64,000 bases of DNA, from UHGV virus genome UHGV-0117634; one strand, written 5' to 3'. Positions 33,617-43,867 of this stretch are shown piece by piece (positions within the stretch are counted from its first letter, which is position 1; each line of letters begins with the position of its first letter). The position numbers and the translations under genes were made by a program. This DNA comes from a virus. A model generated the notes under the pieces. It did not search any database. It was not told the DNA's origin and saw only the letters and a list, made by a program, of their open reading frames with translations.

Positions 33617-33992
33617 TCATCTTATCCCTTCTAATAATGATATACTCATAATGGGATGTGTGAGCTAATTGTTCAGACCAATCCATTGTCATAAAGACTT
33701 CGTATTCGTGTCCCTTAATCATGACAATATCCGCTTCAGTCCAATCAACATCATCAGACGTTCTTAACTCAGCTACAGTGAAAAGGATTCTTGTATCTGT
33801 CAATCTGATACCTTCAGGTAAAACAATCTGTGTACCATTCTTTACAGAACCCTTAATATAAGGTTGAATATTACCTTTACAGTTAATTGATACAATATCC
33901 TGTGAAGCTACCCAATCACCATCTTCATTGTAATAACCATCTTCAGATACCTTTCTTTTAACTACAAAGCTGTGTCTATTTAAGAGTCTCAT
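33591..33992 (-). CDS. head-tail connector protein (putative)
   Basis: 133 aa; synteny. Confidence 0.4.
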   Translation of the reverse strand: MRLLNRHSFVVKRKVSEDGYYNEDGDWVASQDIVSINCKGNIQPYIKGSVKNGTQIVLPEGIRLTDTRILFTVAELRTSDDVDWTEADIVMIKGHEYEVFMTMDWSEQLAHTSHYEYIIIRRDKMNAVRNSRT

Positions 33993-34471
33993 TTTTTAAT
34001 ACCTTTCTTAGTAGAGATTTTATAAGCAAGGTTATCTCGTAAATCTCCAGTTTCCACAAGAGGGGCATTGAAGCCTTTCTTTTTAACTGTAGATGGAGCG
34101 TTAGGAGGCAATATAGCCGTATTACCAAAACCTCTTTTAATTGCTTTCTGAGCACTCTTTGCAAATGCTTCTAAAGTATCTGAGGGGTCAGTATTAAGAC
34201 TGTTTAATTGCTTATAGAGATTCTTCTTAGTCTGCTCTAACAAGGTCTGTCTGTGTAACATCATAGTAATTTCAAACAACCTACGATATACTTTACCTGA
34301 AGCTGCTGGTACACCAATAACTTCATGCAAGTACATTAAAGCAGAGTAAGAAAAACCAGAGCTATGTTGACCTTGTTCCTGAAAATACCCAACTTGAGCA
34401 TTAGCCGTATGCAAGTTCTTCATAGCCCCGACTAATTTAGCTCTAGCGGGGTGAATAACCCTTTTAACCAT
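33989..34471 (-). CDS. head-tail connector protein (putative)
   Basis: 160 aa; synteny. Confidence 0.4.
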   Translation of the reverse strand: MVKRVIHPARAKLVGAMKNLHTANAQVGYFQEQGQHSSGFSYSALMYLHEVIGVPAASGKVYRRLFEITMMLHRQTLLEQTKKNLYKQLNSLNTDPSDTLEAFAKSAQKAIKRGFGNTAILPPNAPSTVKKKGFNAPLVETGDLRDNLAYKISTKKGIKK

Positions 34472-34920
34472 TATTCATCTCGCTCGATAATAAATACACC
34501 ATTGACACGTTCACAGTAATCTCTACCATTGTATCTAACAGCATCGCCATATTCAGTATATTTCTTGACAGAGCAAGGATTTTGACGACGCATATTAATA
34601 TCACACTGGTTAATACCACCCGCATAAGGGAGGCCACTAACAGAGCTTTTAACTAGGTCGTCATAGACAGCTTTCAGAGATTTGAATCTGGAAGAGTTTC
34701 GTAAATAAACACCACCAACTTTCTCATCTCCCATCTTGGCTACTTGAAAGAGTAAATATTTAAGAGCTTTGATGGCTGCTTTCTTTTCATCCTTTCCAGA
34801 TTCTTGGTAGAACCACTCTAGCACCGATTGGTCAATGAGGATTTCATTGTTGTCAGTATCGGTGCAGAGGATTCGAACTCTATCAAGAGGGTTATTAGCG
34901 GGGTCGCCTGTATAACACAT
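34471..34920 (-). CDS. head completion protein (putative)
   Basis: 149 aa; synteny. Confidence 0.4.
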   Translation of the reverse strand: MCYTGDPANNPLDRVRILCTDTDNNEILIDQSVLEWFYQESGKDEKKAAIKALKYLLFQVAKMGDEKVGGVYLRNSSRFKSLKAVYDDLVKSSVSGLPYAGGINQCDINMRRQNPCSVKKYTEYGDAVRYNGRDYCERVNGVFIIERDE

Positions 34921-34942
34921 TTATAACCCTCCTTTCAAGTTA

Positions 34943-36046
34943 TTACTCAGCGTCTGAACGAACGTCAACAAGCAGTTGAGGACGTGTGCAGTATGGCAGC
35001 ATGTAAGAGTGGGCTTCGAAGTCAATACCTTCGTCACGGTCTTTCTCATATTCGAACACATACAGTTCCTGACCCAGAGTGTTTGCATAACCCATCTTAG
35101 GACATGGAGCGTAAGCAACTTCGAAGATGTTGTTAGCTTCACCCAACATTGCTACGTTAGGGAATGCGTGACCTACACCAATATTAGTGTCAGATACACC
35201 GTCAATGCTAACCAGAGTATGAGTCTTACCACGCTTGTCTTTGAACTTACCGTTGTACTGTACGAATACAACACCACCGTAGTAGAAGCGGTTCATGTGA
35301 GCCTGAACACCATCAGTACCACCAGTTCTCAGAGAACCAGTAATCTGTTGCCAAGCCAGCGGAGTCTGCTGTGCAAGGTATGCGTCACGAATCTTAGGAT
35401 GCTTGATAAGCTTGCTGAAAAAAGTTCTGTCAACAACGATGTGAATTTCTTCACCGTTAATTACAGTACCTGTCTTAGCTTCATCTTCCATGTGCATACG
35501 CAGGTCTTCAATGTGCGCATCGATATCAGAGTTCGGGTTGTCCAAGTCGAAGTAGATAGTCTTCTTAGTTACATCGAACTGCTTGTACAGGTCTGCGTAC
35601 AGAACACCGTTAGCGTCGATAACTTTACCCTTCAGGGCTTGCATAAACAAGAACTCACGAGTAATATCAAACTTGGTACGAATCTTCATCAGCTTCTTAG
35701 CACGTACAACTGCTTCAGTAGTCAGTTCATTTGCAGTGCCTGGCTGACGAACACCCTGAATCTCATCAGGAGTGATGCTTTCAACTTCCTTGAAGTACAT
35801 CATCGGGAAGCTAATCTGACGAACACGCTCAGGAGCGCTAGTCTCAGCTTTACGGCTGGTACGGTCTACCGCATCCAGTAAGCTGATATCCCAATCAGTC
35901 AAGTCCATCAGGAAAGTAGTCTGTGTTTGTGGGGCAGAACGGAACAGTCCCAGACCAGAGATATATCCGTAAGTATTTGGAATAGACTGGACTTCACCAG
36001 TTAAGTCAGCAAGGAAAAATCTGCTTTTTTCAGAATTAGTCAACAT
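34943..36046 (-). CDS. major capsid protein (lambda gpE-like)
   Basis: 367 aa; FMQALKGKVIDANG and C-terminal segments align by eye to lambda gpE. Confidence 0.75.
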   Translation of the reverse strand: MLTNSEKSRFFLADLTGEVQSIPNTYGYISGLGLFRSAPQTQTTFLMDLTDWDISLLDAVDRTSRKAETSAPERVRQISFPMMYFKEVESITPDEIQGVRQPGTANELTTEAVVRAKKLMKIRTKFDITREFLFMQALKGKVIDANGVLYADLYKQFDVTKKTIYFDLDNPNSDIDAHIEDLRMHMEDEAKTGTVINGEEIHIVVDRTFFSKLIKHPKIRDAYLAQQTPLAWQQITGSLRTGGTDGVQAHMNRFYYGGVVFVQYNGKFKDKRGKTHTLVSIDGVSDTNIGVGHAFPNVAMLGEANNIFEVAYAPCPKMGYANTLGQELYVFEYEKDRDEGIDFEAHSYMLPYCTRPQLLVDVRSDAE

Positions 36047-36077
36047 TGTAAAATTCTCCAGAATGTCTTATTATTAA

Positions 36078-36455
36078 TTACAGGCCAGTTGGGACGAAAT
36101 CAATACCTTTCGCCTTAAGAGCAGACTTGACAGCAGCAGCATCAACGCCACTCTCTAGCTTCAGCAAGTCTTTCAGTTCAGCGTCACGGTAGATACCAAC
36201 GACTTTCAACTGACCATGATAAGACAGTTGTAGGTCTGCATAGAAGTTAACGATACATACAGAATCTGCCTGAGCTTCTTGACCAGCAGCTACTTTAGAG
36301 CCGTCAGCCTTCAGAACTTCACCAACACGGTATTCTGTGCTTGCTACTGGAGCATACTCTTTACGAGAGTGACCAGTTGGGGTAATTTCTTCCCAAAGGA
36401 TGATATCGTTAAGAGGTTCTCTTTCACCTAATTTAGTAAAACCTTGATATGCCAT
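36078..36455 (-). CDS. head decoration protein (lambda gpD-like, putative)
   Basis: 125 aa between protease and capsid genes. Confidence 0.5.
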   Translation of the reverse strand: MAYQGFTKLGEREPLNDIILWEEITPTGHSRKEYAPVASTEYRVGEVLKADGSKVAAGQEAQADSVCIVNFYADLQLSYHGQLKVVGIYRDAELKDLLKLESGVDAAAVKSALKAKGIDFVPTGL

Positions 36456-36467
36456 TATTTGTGTTCC

Positions 36468-37817
36468 TTATTTCTTGATAAGAGTATTCAAAGCATTCTG
36501 GAGAGCCAGTTTGCGTTGGTCAGCGTTAGCATTAACATTTGCTTCTGGAGTGGTATCTTTACCATCATCCACTTCTGCTTCGCCGTCATTGCCAAGTTCT
36601 TCCATAGCGTTTGAGTGTTCCAGAACAGCACCAGCAGCTTCTTTCAGCTTAGTGATTTCAGAATCCTTCTCAGACATGGCAGAAGCATGGGACGCGATAG
36701 TTTCATTAAGTTTCTGGTTAGCACCTTCCATAGCATTCATAAACAGAACACTCAGAGGGTTGTCAAGACCAGCACCTAAAATAGCTGTTGCAGCTTCTTT
36801 TGCATCAAACCCAAAAGCTTCAGCAGATGCAGAAATCTTACCAGTTAAATCTGTAAGAACTGTTTCCTGTTCCTTAGCTTTCATTTGAGCAACCTGAAGA
36901 CGCAGAGCTTCTAGTTCTTGCTTTTCTTGTTCAGTCATTTCTTCACCTGAATTGTTTGTGTTTAAACTTACAGGAGCTTCTTCAGAACCTTGTAAGTAAT
37001 TTAAGAAATCATCTTGAGACATGATAGAGTTAATTAAACCAAGTTCAAGAGCTTCCTGAGCAGAATAAACATTCGCCTCAGTATTCTTTACAGCTTCTTC
37101 AGAGATATTACGTGAGTCTGCAACAAAACTAGTAAAAGTCTTGTAAGTGTCATCAATTCTCTTTTGAAGTCTATTCTTGCTTTCTTCTGATAATGCTTGG
37201 AATGGGGAACCCATACCTTTAAATTCACCAGCTTTAATAACGTTAATAGTTACGCCATTCTTTTCAAATGCTTTAGTTAATTCTTGGTGAACCATAATCA
37301 CACCAATTGAACCAACATCTGCATCTGGTGATGCAATAATTTCTTCAGCGGAAGATGCAAGAGCGTATGCAGCAGAGCAAGCAAACTCATCTACATAAGC
37401 AATAATTTTCTTTTGGCCTCTTGAAGCCATGATGTGACGTGCCAACTCAAAACAACCTGACGCTTCACCACCACCTGAATCAACGTGCAGCACGATAGTC
37501 TTAATAGACTCATCTGCTAGGGCTTCGTCAAAGCCTCTGCGTAAACCTTCATAAGAACTTAGTCCACCAGTACACATTGCATCCATGAAGGTCATACGAT
37601 GTGTTAGGCCACCCATAATAGGGATGATAGCAATGTCTTCTTTAACTTTTAAAAGACTCCTTGCTTCACCTTTTGGCTTATCGAAGTTTACTGCTGCTTG
37701 TACCTCACCTAACAAGCGGTTATTAACATAAGTCGCTGCTGAGTGGGCTAATGATTCTGTAGCTAGTAAAGGTTGGTTGAATAATCTGTCAGCAAGTCTG
37801 AAGATATTCGAACTCAT
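36468..37817 (-). CDS. prohead protease (S49/ClpP-like) with C-terminal scaffold-like region
   Basis: S49 peptidase-like core IVLHVDSGGGEASGCFE...FACSAAYALASSA; coiled-coil C-terminus. Confidence 0.75.
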   Translation of the reverse strand: MSSNIFRLADRLFNQPLLATESLAHSAATYVNNRLLGEVQAAVNFDKPKGEARSLLKVKEDIAIIPIMGGLTHRMTFMDAMCTGGLSSYEGLRRGFDEALADESIKTIVLHVDSGGGEASGCFELARHIMASRGQKKIIAYVDEFACSAAYALASSAEEIIASPDADVGSIGVIMVHQELTKAFEKNGVTINVIKAGEFKGMGSPFQALSEESKNRLQKRIDDTYKTFTSFVADSRNISEEAVKNTEANVYSAQEALELGLINSIMSQDDFLNYLQGSEEAPVSLNTNNSGEEMTEQEKQELEALRLQVAQMKAKEQETVLTDLTGKISASAEAFGFDAKEAATAILGAGLDNPLSVLFMNAMEGANQKLNETIASHASAMSEKDSEITKLKEAAGAVLEHSNAMEELGNDGEAEVDDGKDTTPEANVNANADQRKLALQNALNTLIKK

Positions 37818-37828
37818 TTTTACTCACC

Positions 37829-38161
37829 CTATTTATTTAAGTCAATGGATACTGAAGAGATAACATAAATTCCTTCTTCAGCAAAGAACTGAGGGCTACT
37901 TAGAGCACCTGTTGCCACGCACTTAGAGTTGTCATCCCATAAGCTAAAATGAGAAACTGTAGCAGAAGCCGGAACAGTAATATTAACTGTGTCTTCTGAG
38001 GCAATTAATCCATTATTAGGTTCTGAGAAGAAGATAGCCACTGGCTGAGTAACCTTGTTTGCTGTAGGGTCTGCCGTTGGGTCTACATTGTGTAATACAA
38101 TAGTTGTCGGGGTTAGTGTGGCTAGGATTTTATTCTTACCATCAATCGTTAATGTTCCCAT
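37829..38161 (-). CDS. hypothetical head protein
   Basis: ORF track, 110 aa. Confidence 0.4.
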   Translation of the reverse strand: MGTLTIDGKNKILATLTPTTIVLHNVDPTADPTANKVTQPVAIFFSEPNNGLIASEDTVNITVPASATVSHFSLWDDNSKCVATGALSSPQFFAEEGIYVISSVSIDLNK

Positions 38162-38661
38162 TAATTAAACCTTACTTTTTGTTTAAGGATTGTTGAATGG
38201 TTACCAGATTCATCTACCACATTTACAATCATATCATAAACTTTACCTTTGACAAGTACTTTGTAATCATTTTGTGAAAAAATGTACTCAAGTCTGTTAG
38301 ACTCTTTATTTACTGTCATTGGAGATTGAAATGCTGTATCAATGGTAATGAATGCAGCTTCAACACTATTAACGTTAACACGTTTATTCTCACAGTTATA
38401 TAACTTTACACCCAAAAGGCATGAACTGTCAAATGGAATTTTAACAATTTCGTTACAATTGTTTGAAATAAACTGTTTTCCGCTCATTGGAGCATCAAGT
38501 AACCTGCAAATAGTGAAAACGTCAGAGGTTCCACCATCACTAACATACCCTGAAAGGCTGACCCTTGAGCCAGCCTCTACAGTTAATTCATCAGTGATAA
38601 TTAAGACACCTCTATAAGAATGCACTCGCGTAGCATTGGAAATAGAGATAACTTCTGCCAT
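38161..38661 (-). CDS. hypothetical head protein
   Basis: ORF track, 166 aa. Confidence 0.4.
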   Translation of the reverse strand: MAEVISISNATRVHSYRGVLIITDELTVEAGSRVSLSGYVSDGGTSDVFTICRLLDAPMSGKQFISNNCNEIVKIPFDSSCLLGVKLYNCENKRVNVNSVEAAFITIDTAFQSPMTVNKESNRLEYIFSQNDYKVLVKGKVYDMIVNVVDESGNHSTILKQKVRFN

Positions 38662-40127
38662 TATTTGTTTGCCTTATTAGCTGTACTTGGGTCTTTAGCT
38701 GAAGGAGTATTAGCAGTCCCTTCTCCAGCAGTTTTATAACCATCACCAGAACGACTTTGAGTGTTTGGAGATAGTTTCTCAGATACTGGTTTAGACTCAT
38801 CAGCAGGTTCAAGGTCAAGATATTCTCTAAGCTTGTCAGACAATGGCTTGTCAACTTCCAGAGCACCAACTGCAACTGTTTTCTGAATGAATGATGCAAT
38901 AGCTTCAAGGTCTGGTGTCTCAATATCATCATACACAATTTCTACGTGTTCTTCATCATCCCACATATTTAGTGCATAAGTCTGAGCAACCAAATCACGG
39001 TTAATTACATTCTTCACTTGCTTCAGAAGAATATCAACTGACATTGCCAGTAAGCTTGTCTTAGAATCTGCCAGAGAGAATGAGCCATACTTTGACTGTC
39101 CCATAGCAAGAACATCAGACATAAACGCCATCATAATTTGCTTAGAGTATCTATCAATGATAGAACCTGTATCATAAGCTTTAGCACCCTGTCGAGAAAC
39201 TAATGAGAACTCAAAGATATCTTCTTTAGTTTCTGGGTCGATAAATCTAGGCCAAATTAAACCTGCTCTGTCATTAGCAATTAAATCATTTACTACTTCT
39301 TGGCAGTATTTAACAAAAGCTTTCTTTTCAGGTTCTGCATCTTCACCTAAGTAATCAGGTGGAAGACCAATCTTTGGCATACCTACTAAGTCTCTGGAAA
39401 CACCAACTGCTTCAAACTCTTCAATTTGAACTTTGTATTTCCAAGGAACATAAGCATTAAGTAATGGTGAACGTCCCTCTGGGTTACCATATTCATCGTC
39501 ATACTTGAACAATAAGAATTTACTTCTAGGAAGCTTTCTTGTCAATGGTTGTTCACCAAGATTAATTGCTCCTGCAATATGGGAAACATTACGCAGGTTC
39601 TGTCTAACACCAATGACTTTTCTATAGTCAGAGTCAAAGTACCATTTGTCTAATGTAGTCTGATTACGGATTGGTAATTTAGCCCAACCAATTAAACCAT
39701 CATTATATTTTGAAGGGTACTTACCTTTCTTGCCTTGACGTTTCTTATAAACTTTTTCGTTTACACAGAAACCGTAAGTACAGAATGACATTACAGAGTT
39801 AATAAAGTCAGCCCAATCGTGCTCCATGTCATTCATTAGTGAGTTAAAGAAATTAGCCCTTTCAATCATCTTGGCATCTTTCTCTTTTCCCTTCGGTGGT
39901 ACGAATCTCCAGTTAACCTTTCTGACAAACATCTTAATAATATTTACAGAGGCTGCTACTGAAGGGTCTCTCATCATAAGTTGGAAAGTCTTAATACTTT
40001 CTGGGAATCTTAAAGCCTGTCTAGGTTCTTCATAGATTCTTCCTGAGCGAACTTTAAGGCCAAGACTCCCAACCTCACCCATTCTGAATGGAGGAAGGCT
40101 TTCTTGTGTTTCTGTGATATCTGCCAT
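38661..40127 (-). CDS. portal protein
   Basis: 488 aa directly downstream of large terminase. Confidence 0.7.
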   Translation of the reverse strand: MADITETQESLPPFRMGEVGSLGLKVRSGRIYEEPRQALRFPESIKTFQLMMRDPSVAASVNIIKMFVRKVNWRFVPPKGKEKDAKMIERANFFNSLMNDMEHDWADFINSVMSFCTYGFCVNEKVYKKRQGKKGKYPSKYNDGLIGWAKLPIRNQTTLDKWYFDSDYRKVIGVRQNLRNVSHIAGAINLGEQPLTRKLPRSKFLLFKYDDEYGNPEGRSPLLNAYVPWKYKVQIEEFEAVGVSRDLVGMPKIGLPPDYLGEDAEPEKKAFVKYCQEVVNDLIANDRAGLIWPRFIDPETKEDIFEFSLVSRQGAKAYDTGSIIDRYSKQIMMAFMSDVLAMGQSKYGSFSLADSKTSLLAMSVDILLKQVKNVINRDLVAQTYALNMWDDEEHVEIVYDDIETPDLEAIASFIQKTVAVGALEVDKPLSDKLREYLDLEPADESKPVSEKLSPNTQSRSGDGYKTAGEGTANTPSAKDPSTANKANK

Positions 40128-40139
40128 TCTTTCTACCTA

Positions 40140-41756
40140 TTAGCGTCTTAGCCCCTGATATGGATTACTCTTCATAATATCTGTATGAGCACCCATTGAA
40201 GGTGGCTTGAATAGTTTAACTTCGTTTAGACTGTTGAAAGCATCACTGGTAGCATCCACTTGGTCATCCTTAGTACGACCATCGCCACAAAAACCTTCTA
40301 GTTCTTGGAAATATGCTTCATTCCAAGAGCCTCTAACAATTTTGACAAGTCCTGCCTCAGAAGCAGCAGAGAAACCCGCAAAACGGGTGACTTTATCTTT
40401 ATTTGTTGGTTTAGCTCTTGCTCGGAAACCTTTCTCAGCAAGTTTTCTAATAAGGGAGGTTGCGTAGGATTTACCAGCAGCGCCGGGGTCTTGAGGGATA
40501 AAAATACCTGTGCGCTTACCATCACCTTCAGCAGTTTGGTTAATTTGTGTTTCAACTCCAGAAGGTCTATCTCTAAATCTTACTACGTTAATCACATAAT
40601 AGCAACCATCTTTTTTAGATTTACCCATTTTAACACCTGCTGTCCAGTCAGGGTTAGGGTTAACCTCAGAAGGTAATGTTGCTGCTAAGTCCCATGCTCT
40701 TACGTCAAATACGTCTGCTGGAACACTATCAACAATTTCACACCATTGTCTTTGCCAGTAGTTTGAACCTTCAGCACGAGCTTTCCAGTTACCAAAACGT
40801 AAACGTGCAACGTTAACTGGTGTGTTGTTTTCTAATTTACCACGATACTTAGGTTCAAGGAAATCTAGAATAGGGTTGTCATCAATTGTACCGGAAATAA
40901 AGGTATATGTTTGAGGAATCTCAAGAGGGAACATTTCAAGAATTTTATCCCTATCCCAATCAGAAACCATGACACCATCATTCATAACATACCAACGAAT
41001 CCTACCGCACTTCTCTGGGTCTGGATATCCAGCATCATCTAGGAAAGGTTCTACCCAATCATAAATAAAGTGGTCTCTATCTGGGTTCATTGAGATTTTC
41101 ATATATGAGTCACCTTCAGCACCAGAACGTAAACGTGTCTGAAGATATGAAATCTGTGAAGCCGAGAAGTGTGTACCTTCGTCGAAATAAATAGCTGAGT
41201 ATTCGATACCTTGGTGACCTTCTGAGTGTTTCTCAAGTTCCAAATAAGTAAACTTGATAGTTGCTCCAGAAGGGAAAGTGATAGTCATTTTCTGTTCATG
41301 TGGAACTCCACCAAACTTACCAAATAACTTCTTAGCCGCAGGCCACAGACCACCTTGTAACTGTGTTGTATTTCGACGGAAATAAACAGCGTTATAGTTT
41401 GGGTCTTCAATAAACCTTAGTGAGTCCATTAAAAGGGCAGCAGTCTTACCAGCACCAGCAGCACCACCATATAGTACCAAGTCAGCATTAGTGTTCAAGA
41501 ATACCTCTTGAGAGCCAGGCTGTGGAGCTACATAGTTCTTGTCAGTCATCAATTTAAAGATGAGTCTTACTTGGTCTGGGGTGTATCTTAATAAAGTCAG
41601 AATTTGAGTTGGAAGGAATTTAGAGGGGTCTTTACCAAAGGATTTGATAATATCTTTTACTTCTTCAGAAAGCCCCAACTCACCTGCTAGGACTTTCCTT
41701 ACATCTTCCACTCGCTTCTGCTTAATAACATTTAAGTCCATTAAGCACCTCTGCAA
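40140..41756 (-). CDS. terminase large subunit
   Basis: Walker A LYGGAAGAGKT; 538 aa; first gene of structural operon. Confidence 0.9.
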   Translation of the reverse strand: MQRCLMDLNVIKQKRVEDVRKVLAGELGLSEEVKDIIKSFGKDPSKFLPTQILTLLRYTPDQVRLIFKLMTDKNYVAPQPGSQEVFLNTNADLVLYGGAAGAGKTAALLMDSLRFIEDPNYNAVYFRRNTTQLQGGLWPAAKKLFGKFGGVPHEQKMTITFPSGATIKFTYLELEKHSEGHQGIEYSAIYFDEGTHFSASQISYLQTRLRSGAEGDSYMKISMNPDRDHFIYDWVEPFLDDAGYPDPEKCGRIRWYVMNDGVMVSDWDRDKILEMFPLEIPQTYTFISGTIDDNPILDFLEPKYRGKLENNTPVNVARLRFGNWKARAEGSNYWQRQWCEIVDSVPADVFDVRAWDLAATLPSEVNPNPDWTAGVKMGKSKKDGCYYVINVVRFRDRPSGVETQINQTAEGDGKRTGIFIPQDPGAAGKSYATSLIRKLAEKGFRARAKPTNKDKVTRFAGFSAASEAGLVKIVRGSWNEAYFQELEGFCGDGRTKDDQVDATSDAFNSLNEVKLFKPPSMGAHTDIMKSNPYQGLRR

Positions 41757-41762
41757 ATAGAA

Positions 41763-41969
41763 TTATTCAGAAACTTCTTCAGATTCCTGTTTAGGTTCTA
41801 CACCAAACTTTTCATCTACCAAATTAAGAAGTTTATCCATCGTTGCTTCTTGTGGGTTAATACCAGTTGCAACAATTAAACGTTCAGCCACAGCCATTAC
41901 AGTTGCCTGAAGCATCTGAGCCTGTTTCTGAGTTTCATATAGTTCTTTGTAAACATTAGTCTCGTTCAT
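41763..41969 (-). CDS. hypothetical small protein upstream of terminase
   Basis: 68 aa; too small for a confident small-terminase call. Confidence 0.4.
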   Translation of the reverse strand: MNETNVYKELYETQKQAQMLQATVMAVAERLIVATGINPQEATMDKLLNLVDEKFGVEPKQESEEVSE

Positions 41970-42188
41970 TGTATTTCTCCAAAATTAAAGTTATAGTGAT
42001 TCTCCTGAAAAAAGACGGTGCAGAGACCGTCAAGGAGAAACCACAATGTATGCCAGAGACATACTGTATAGGTCTTCCCATAAAGTATAACTCTATAAAA
42101 AAGCCCTGTCTAAAAATACTCTCCGGTAGCGAAAGGGAGAATACTCATAGCAGGGCATAATAACTTTGAGAGAGATATTAATATAAAT

Positions 42189-42264
42189 TGGAGTATCGGA
42201 AGGGACTCGAACCCTCATAAACCTGTTTTGCAGACAGGCACATAACCATTTCTGACACCGACAC
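42189..42264 (-). tRNA. tRNA-Cys (anticodon GCA)
   Basis: Hand-folded cloverleaf: 7-bp acceptor, T-loop TTCGAGT, anticodon loop CTGCAAA, encoded CCA. Confidence 0.75.
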
Positions 42265-42270
42265 ATAATT

Positions 42271-42364
42271 TGGAGGAAGATACCAGACTTGAACTGGTAC
42301 GCCGATTTCTCGGTTACTGGCAGTTTAGCAAACTGCTCCCTTACCTTTTAGGGTTAATCTTCCA
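42271..42364 (-). tRNA. tRNA-Ser (anticodon GCT), class II
   Basis: Acceptor GGAAGAT/ATCTTCC, anticodon loop TTGCTAA, long variable arm, T-loop TTCAAGT, CCA. Confidence 0.7.
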
Positions 42365-43098
42365 TTATTTGTTCAGAGCTTCTTTCATCTCTGGAGTTGC
42401 GATAGTATCAATCACACCAGTTTTACATGAATCATCAAACCAGCTTGGTAGAACATTCGCAAGGAAACCATTAATATTTGTTTTCAGGTATTCTGCAATC
42501 AGTGCTGCTTCATCTGCAATCATCTGAGTTACTTCATTAGCATATGCAGTAATCTTTGCAATACCCTCATTAATTGCTGTAACGGCCTGTGTAGCGAGTT
42601 CAGAGATTGTATCTAGTCCTTGGTCGATTGCATCTTGCAAATCGCTTAGAACGCCATTTACAGCGTCTATGGAGGTATTAATCAAATCCATCGCTTTATT
42701 ACCGTACTCGGTAGCTACGCCCATGATACCGCTAAACGGTGTACATCCAACCTGTTCACCTGCTGCTCCCATAACGTTAGAGTAACCTTTAGCTACTTGC
42801 ATACGTTGTGAAAACTCATCTACAGACTTTTGTCCATACTCAGTAAGTGTACTTGTCGTTGAAGTTGTACTTCCAAGGCTTGTTGTGAAGCTTCCTAATA
42901 AGGCTGTTGTCAGTCCAGCAGCAACTAAAATCTGTTGTGTAGCTGGGTCTGTTACAGAACTAATTGAGTTAACTAATGATTGAGAGGCAGCTATAGTACC
43001 ACCAAGAACTGCTGCACCAGTAATAAGAGGGTTTGAGAAACCATTACCGGTTTTAAGGAGATTAAAAATCTCTTTACTTTGTTCTGTCATCTCTTTCA
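42365..43098 (-). CDS. hypothetical protein embedded in tRNA cluster (Gly/Ala/Thr/Ser-rich N-region, helical C-region)
   Basis: ORF trimmed to internal ATG with AGGTG SD because the track N-terminus overlaps a tRNA; about 244 aa. Confidence 0.5.
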
Positions 43099-43114
43099 TT
43101 ATGCACCTATAAAG

Positions 43115-43191
43115 TTGGTAGCCCATCGGGATTTGAACCCTGTTCTCATGTTTTTCAGACACGCGCTTTAACCATATAAGCTAATTGAGCT
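43115..43191 (-). tRNA. tRNA-Phe (anticodon GAA), atypical D-arm and T-stem
   Basis: Acceptor TAGCTCA/TGGGCTA, anticodon arm CGTGT-CTGAAAA-ACATG, T-loop TTCAAAT; only 3 clean T-stem pairs. Confidence 0.55.
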
Positions 43192-43197
43192 ATTAAA

Positions 43198-43274
43198 TTG
43201 GGGTGACCTACGGGAATCGAACCCGTATAGACCATGTTCACAGCATGGGTCATTATCCATTTATGATAAGGCCA
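43198..43274 (-). tRNA. tRNA-His (anticodon GTG)
   Basis: Anticodon arm CCATG-CTGTGAA-CATGG, T-arm ACGGG-TTCGATT-CCCGT, discriminator C, CCA. Confidence 0.7.
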
Positions 43275-43305
43275 CATTTAAGGACTCTCGTAAGAACCCT
43301 TAGAA

Positions 43306-43381
43306 GTGGCAGCAGTATAAGGATTTGAACCTTAATCTTTCAGCTTCAGAGGCTGGAGCATTGCCAGTTATGCTATACTGC
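43306..43381 (-). tRNA. tRNA-Gln (anticodon CTG)
   Basis: Canonical 76-nt fold; anticodon loop CTCTGAA; T-arm TAAGG-TTCAAAT-CCTTA; CCA. Confidence 0.65.
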
Positions 43382-43387
43382 TAATAT

Positions 43388-43459
43388 TTGGTACTCCATA
43401 TCGGATTCGAACCGATACATAACACAGATTTTAAGTCTGGCCTCTCTGCCAATTGGAGT
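43388..43459 (-). tRNA. tRNA-like gene, atypical (short D region; anticodon loop CTTAAAA, anticodon TAA)
   Basis: 7-bp acceptor TACTCCA/TGGAGTA, T-arm with TTCGAAT, but truncated D-arm and no long variable arm. Confidence 0.45.
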
Positions 43460-43468
43460 AATGGAGCA

Positions 43469-43544
43469 TTGGCGGGGGATGTTGGAATTGAACCAACTTC
43501 TTCGATTTCAAAGACCGAGGTTTTAACCTTGTAAACTAATCCCC
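43469..43544 (-). tRNA. tRNA-Gln (anticodon TTG)
   Basis: Anticodon arm TCGGT-CTTTGAA-ATCGA, T-arm GTTGG-TTCAATT-CCAAC, CCA; A1-C72 mismatch. Confidence 0.7.
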
Positions 43545-43771
43545 TAACTAACTCTTGTAAGAATATATGCGTTATTGCATGTATCTTTATTTTCTGGCAA
43601 CATTGTTTCAAAGATAACTTGCTTTAATTCCAAACCAGCAAAGTTGTAGACAATCTTTCTAACTTCTAATGGGTCAGCTTTCCAGCCAACTCTGATAAAG
43701 AAAGTATCTCCAAATCTCCCTGTTTCAAGCTTGTCATCTTCTGGGTGTTTTTCAACTATGAGTTTAAACAT
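43544..43771 (-). CDS. hypothetical small protein within tRNA cluster
   Basis: 75 aa; AAGGG SD-like sequence upstream; stop abuts tRNA-Gln. Confidence 0.35.
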   Translation of the reverse strand: MFKLIVEKHPEDDKLETGRFGDTFFIRVGWKADPLEVRKIVYNFAGLELKQVIFETMLPENKDTCNNAYILTRVS

Positions 43772-43790
43772 AAGTTACCCTTTTAAATTT

Positions 43791-43867
43791 GGTGCAGAAT
43801 AAGGGATTCGAACCCCTAACTAACAACTTCGTAGGTTGCTGCTCTGTCCATTTGAACTAATTCTGCA
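43791..43867 (-). tRNA. tRNA-Arg (anticodon ACG)
   Basis: Acceptor GCAGAAT/ATTCTGC, anticodon arm GCAAC-CTACGAA-GTTGT, T-arm AGGGG-TTCGAAT-CCCTT, CCA. Confidence 0.75.

Noticed and set aside
34976-35881. 301-aa plus-strand ORF
   Set aside because: Fully antisense to the major capsid gene; low-complexity translation; the capsid ORF is the real gene.
43381-43611. Minus-strand ORF (76 aa) across tRNA genes
   Set aside because: Runs through several tRNA genes; TTG start; no independent support. Treated as an artefact of tRNA sequence.
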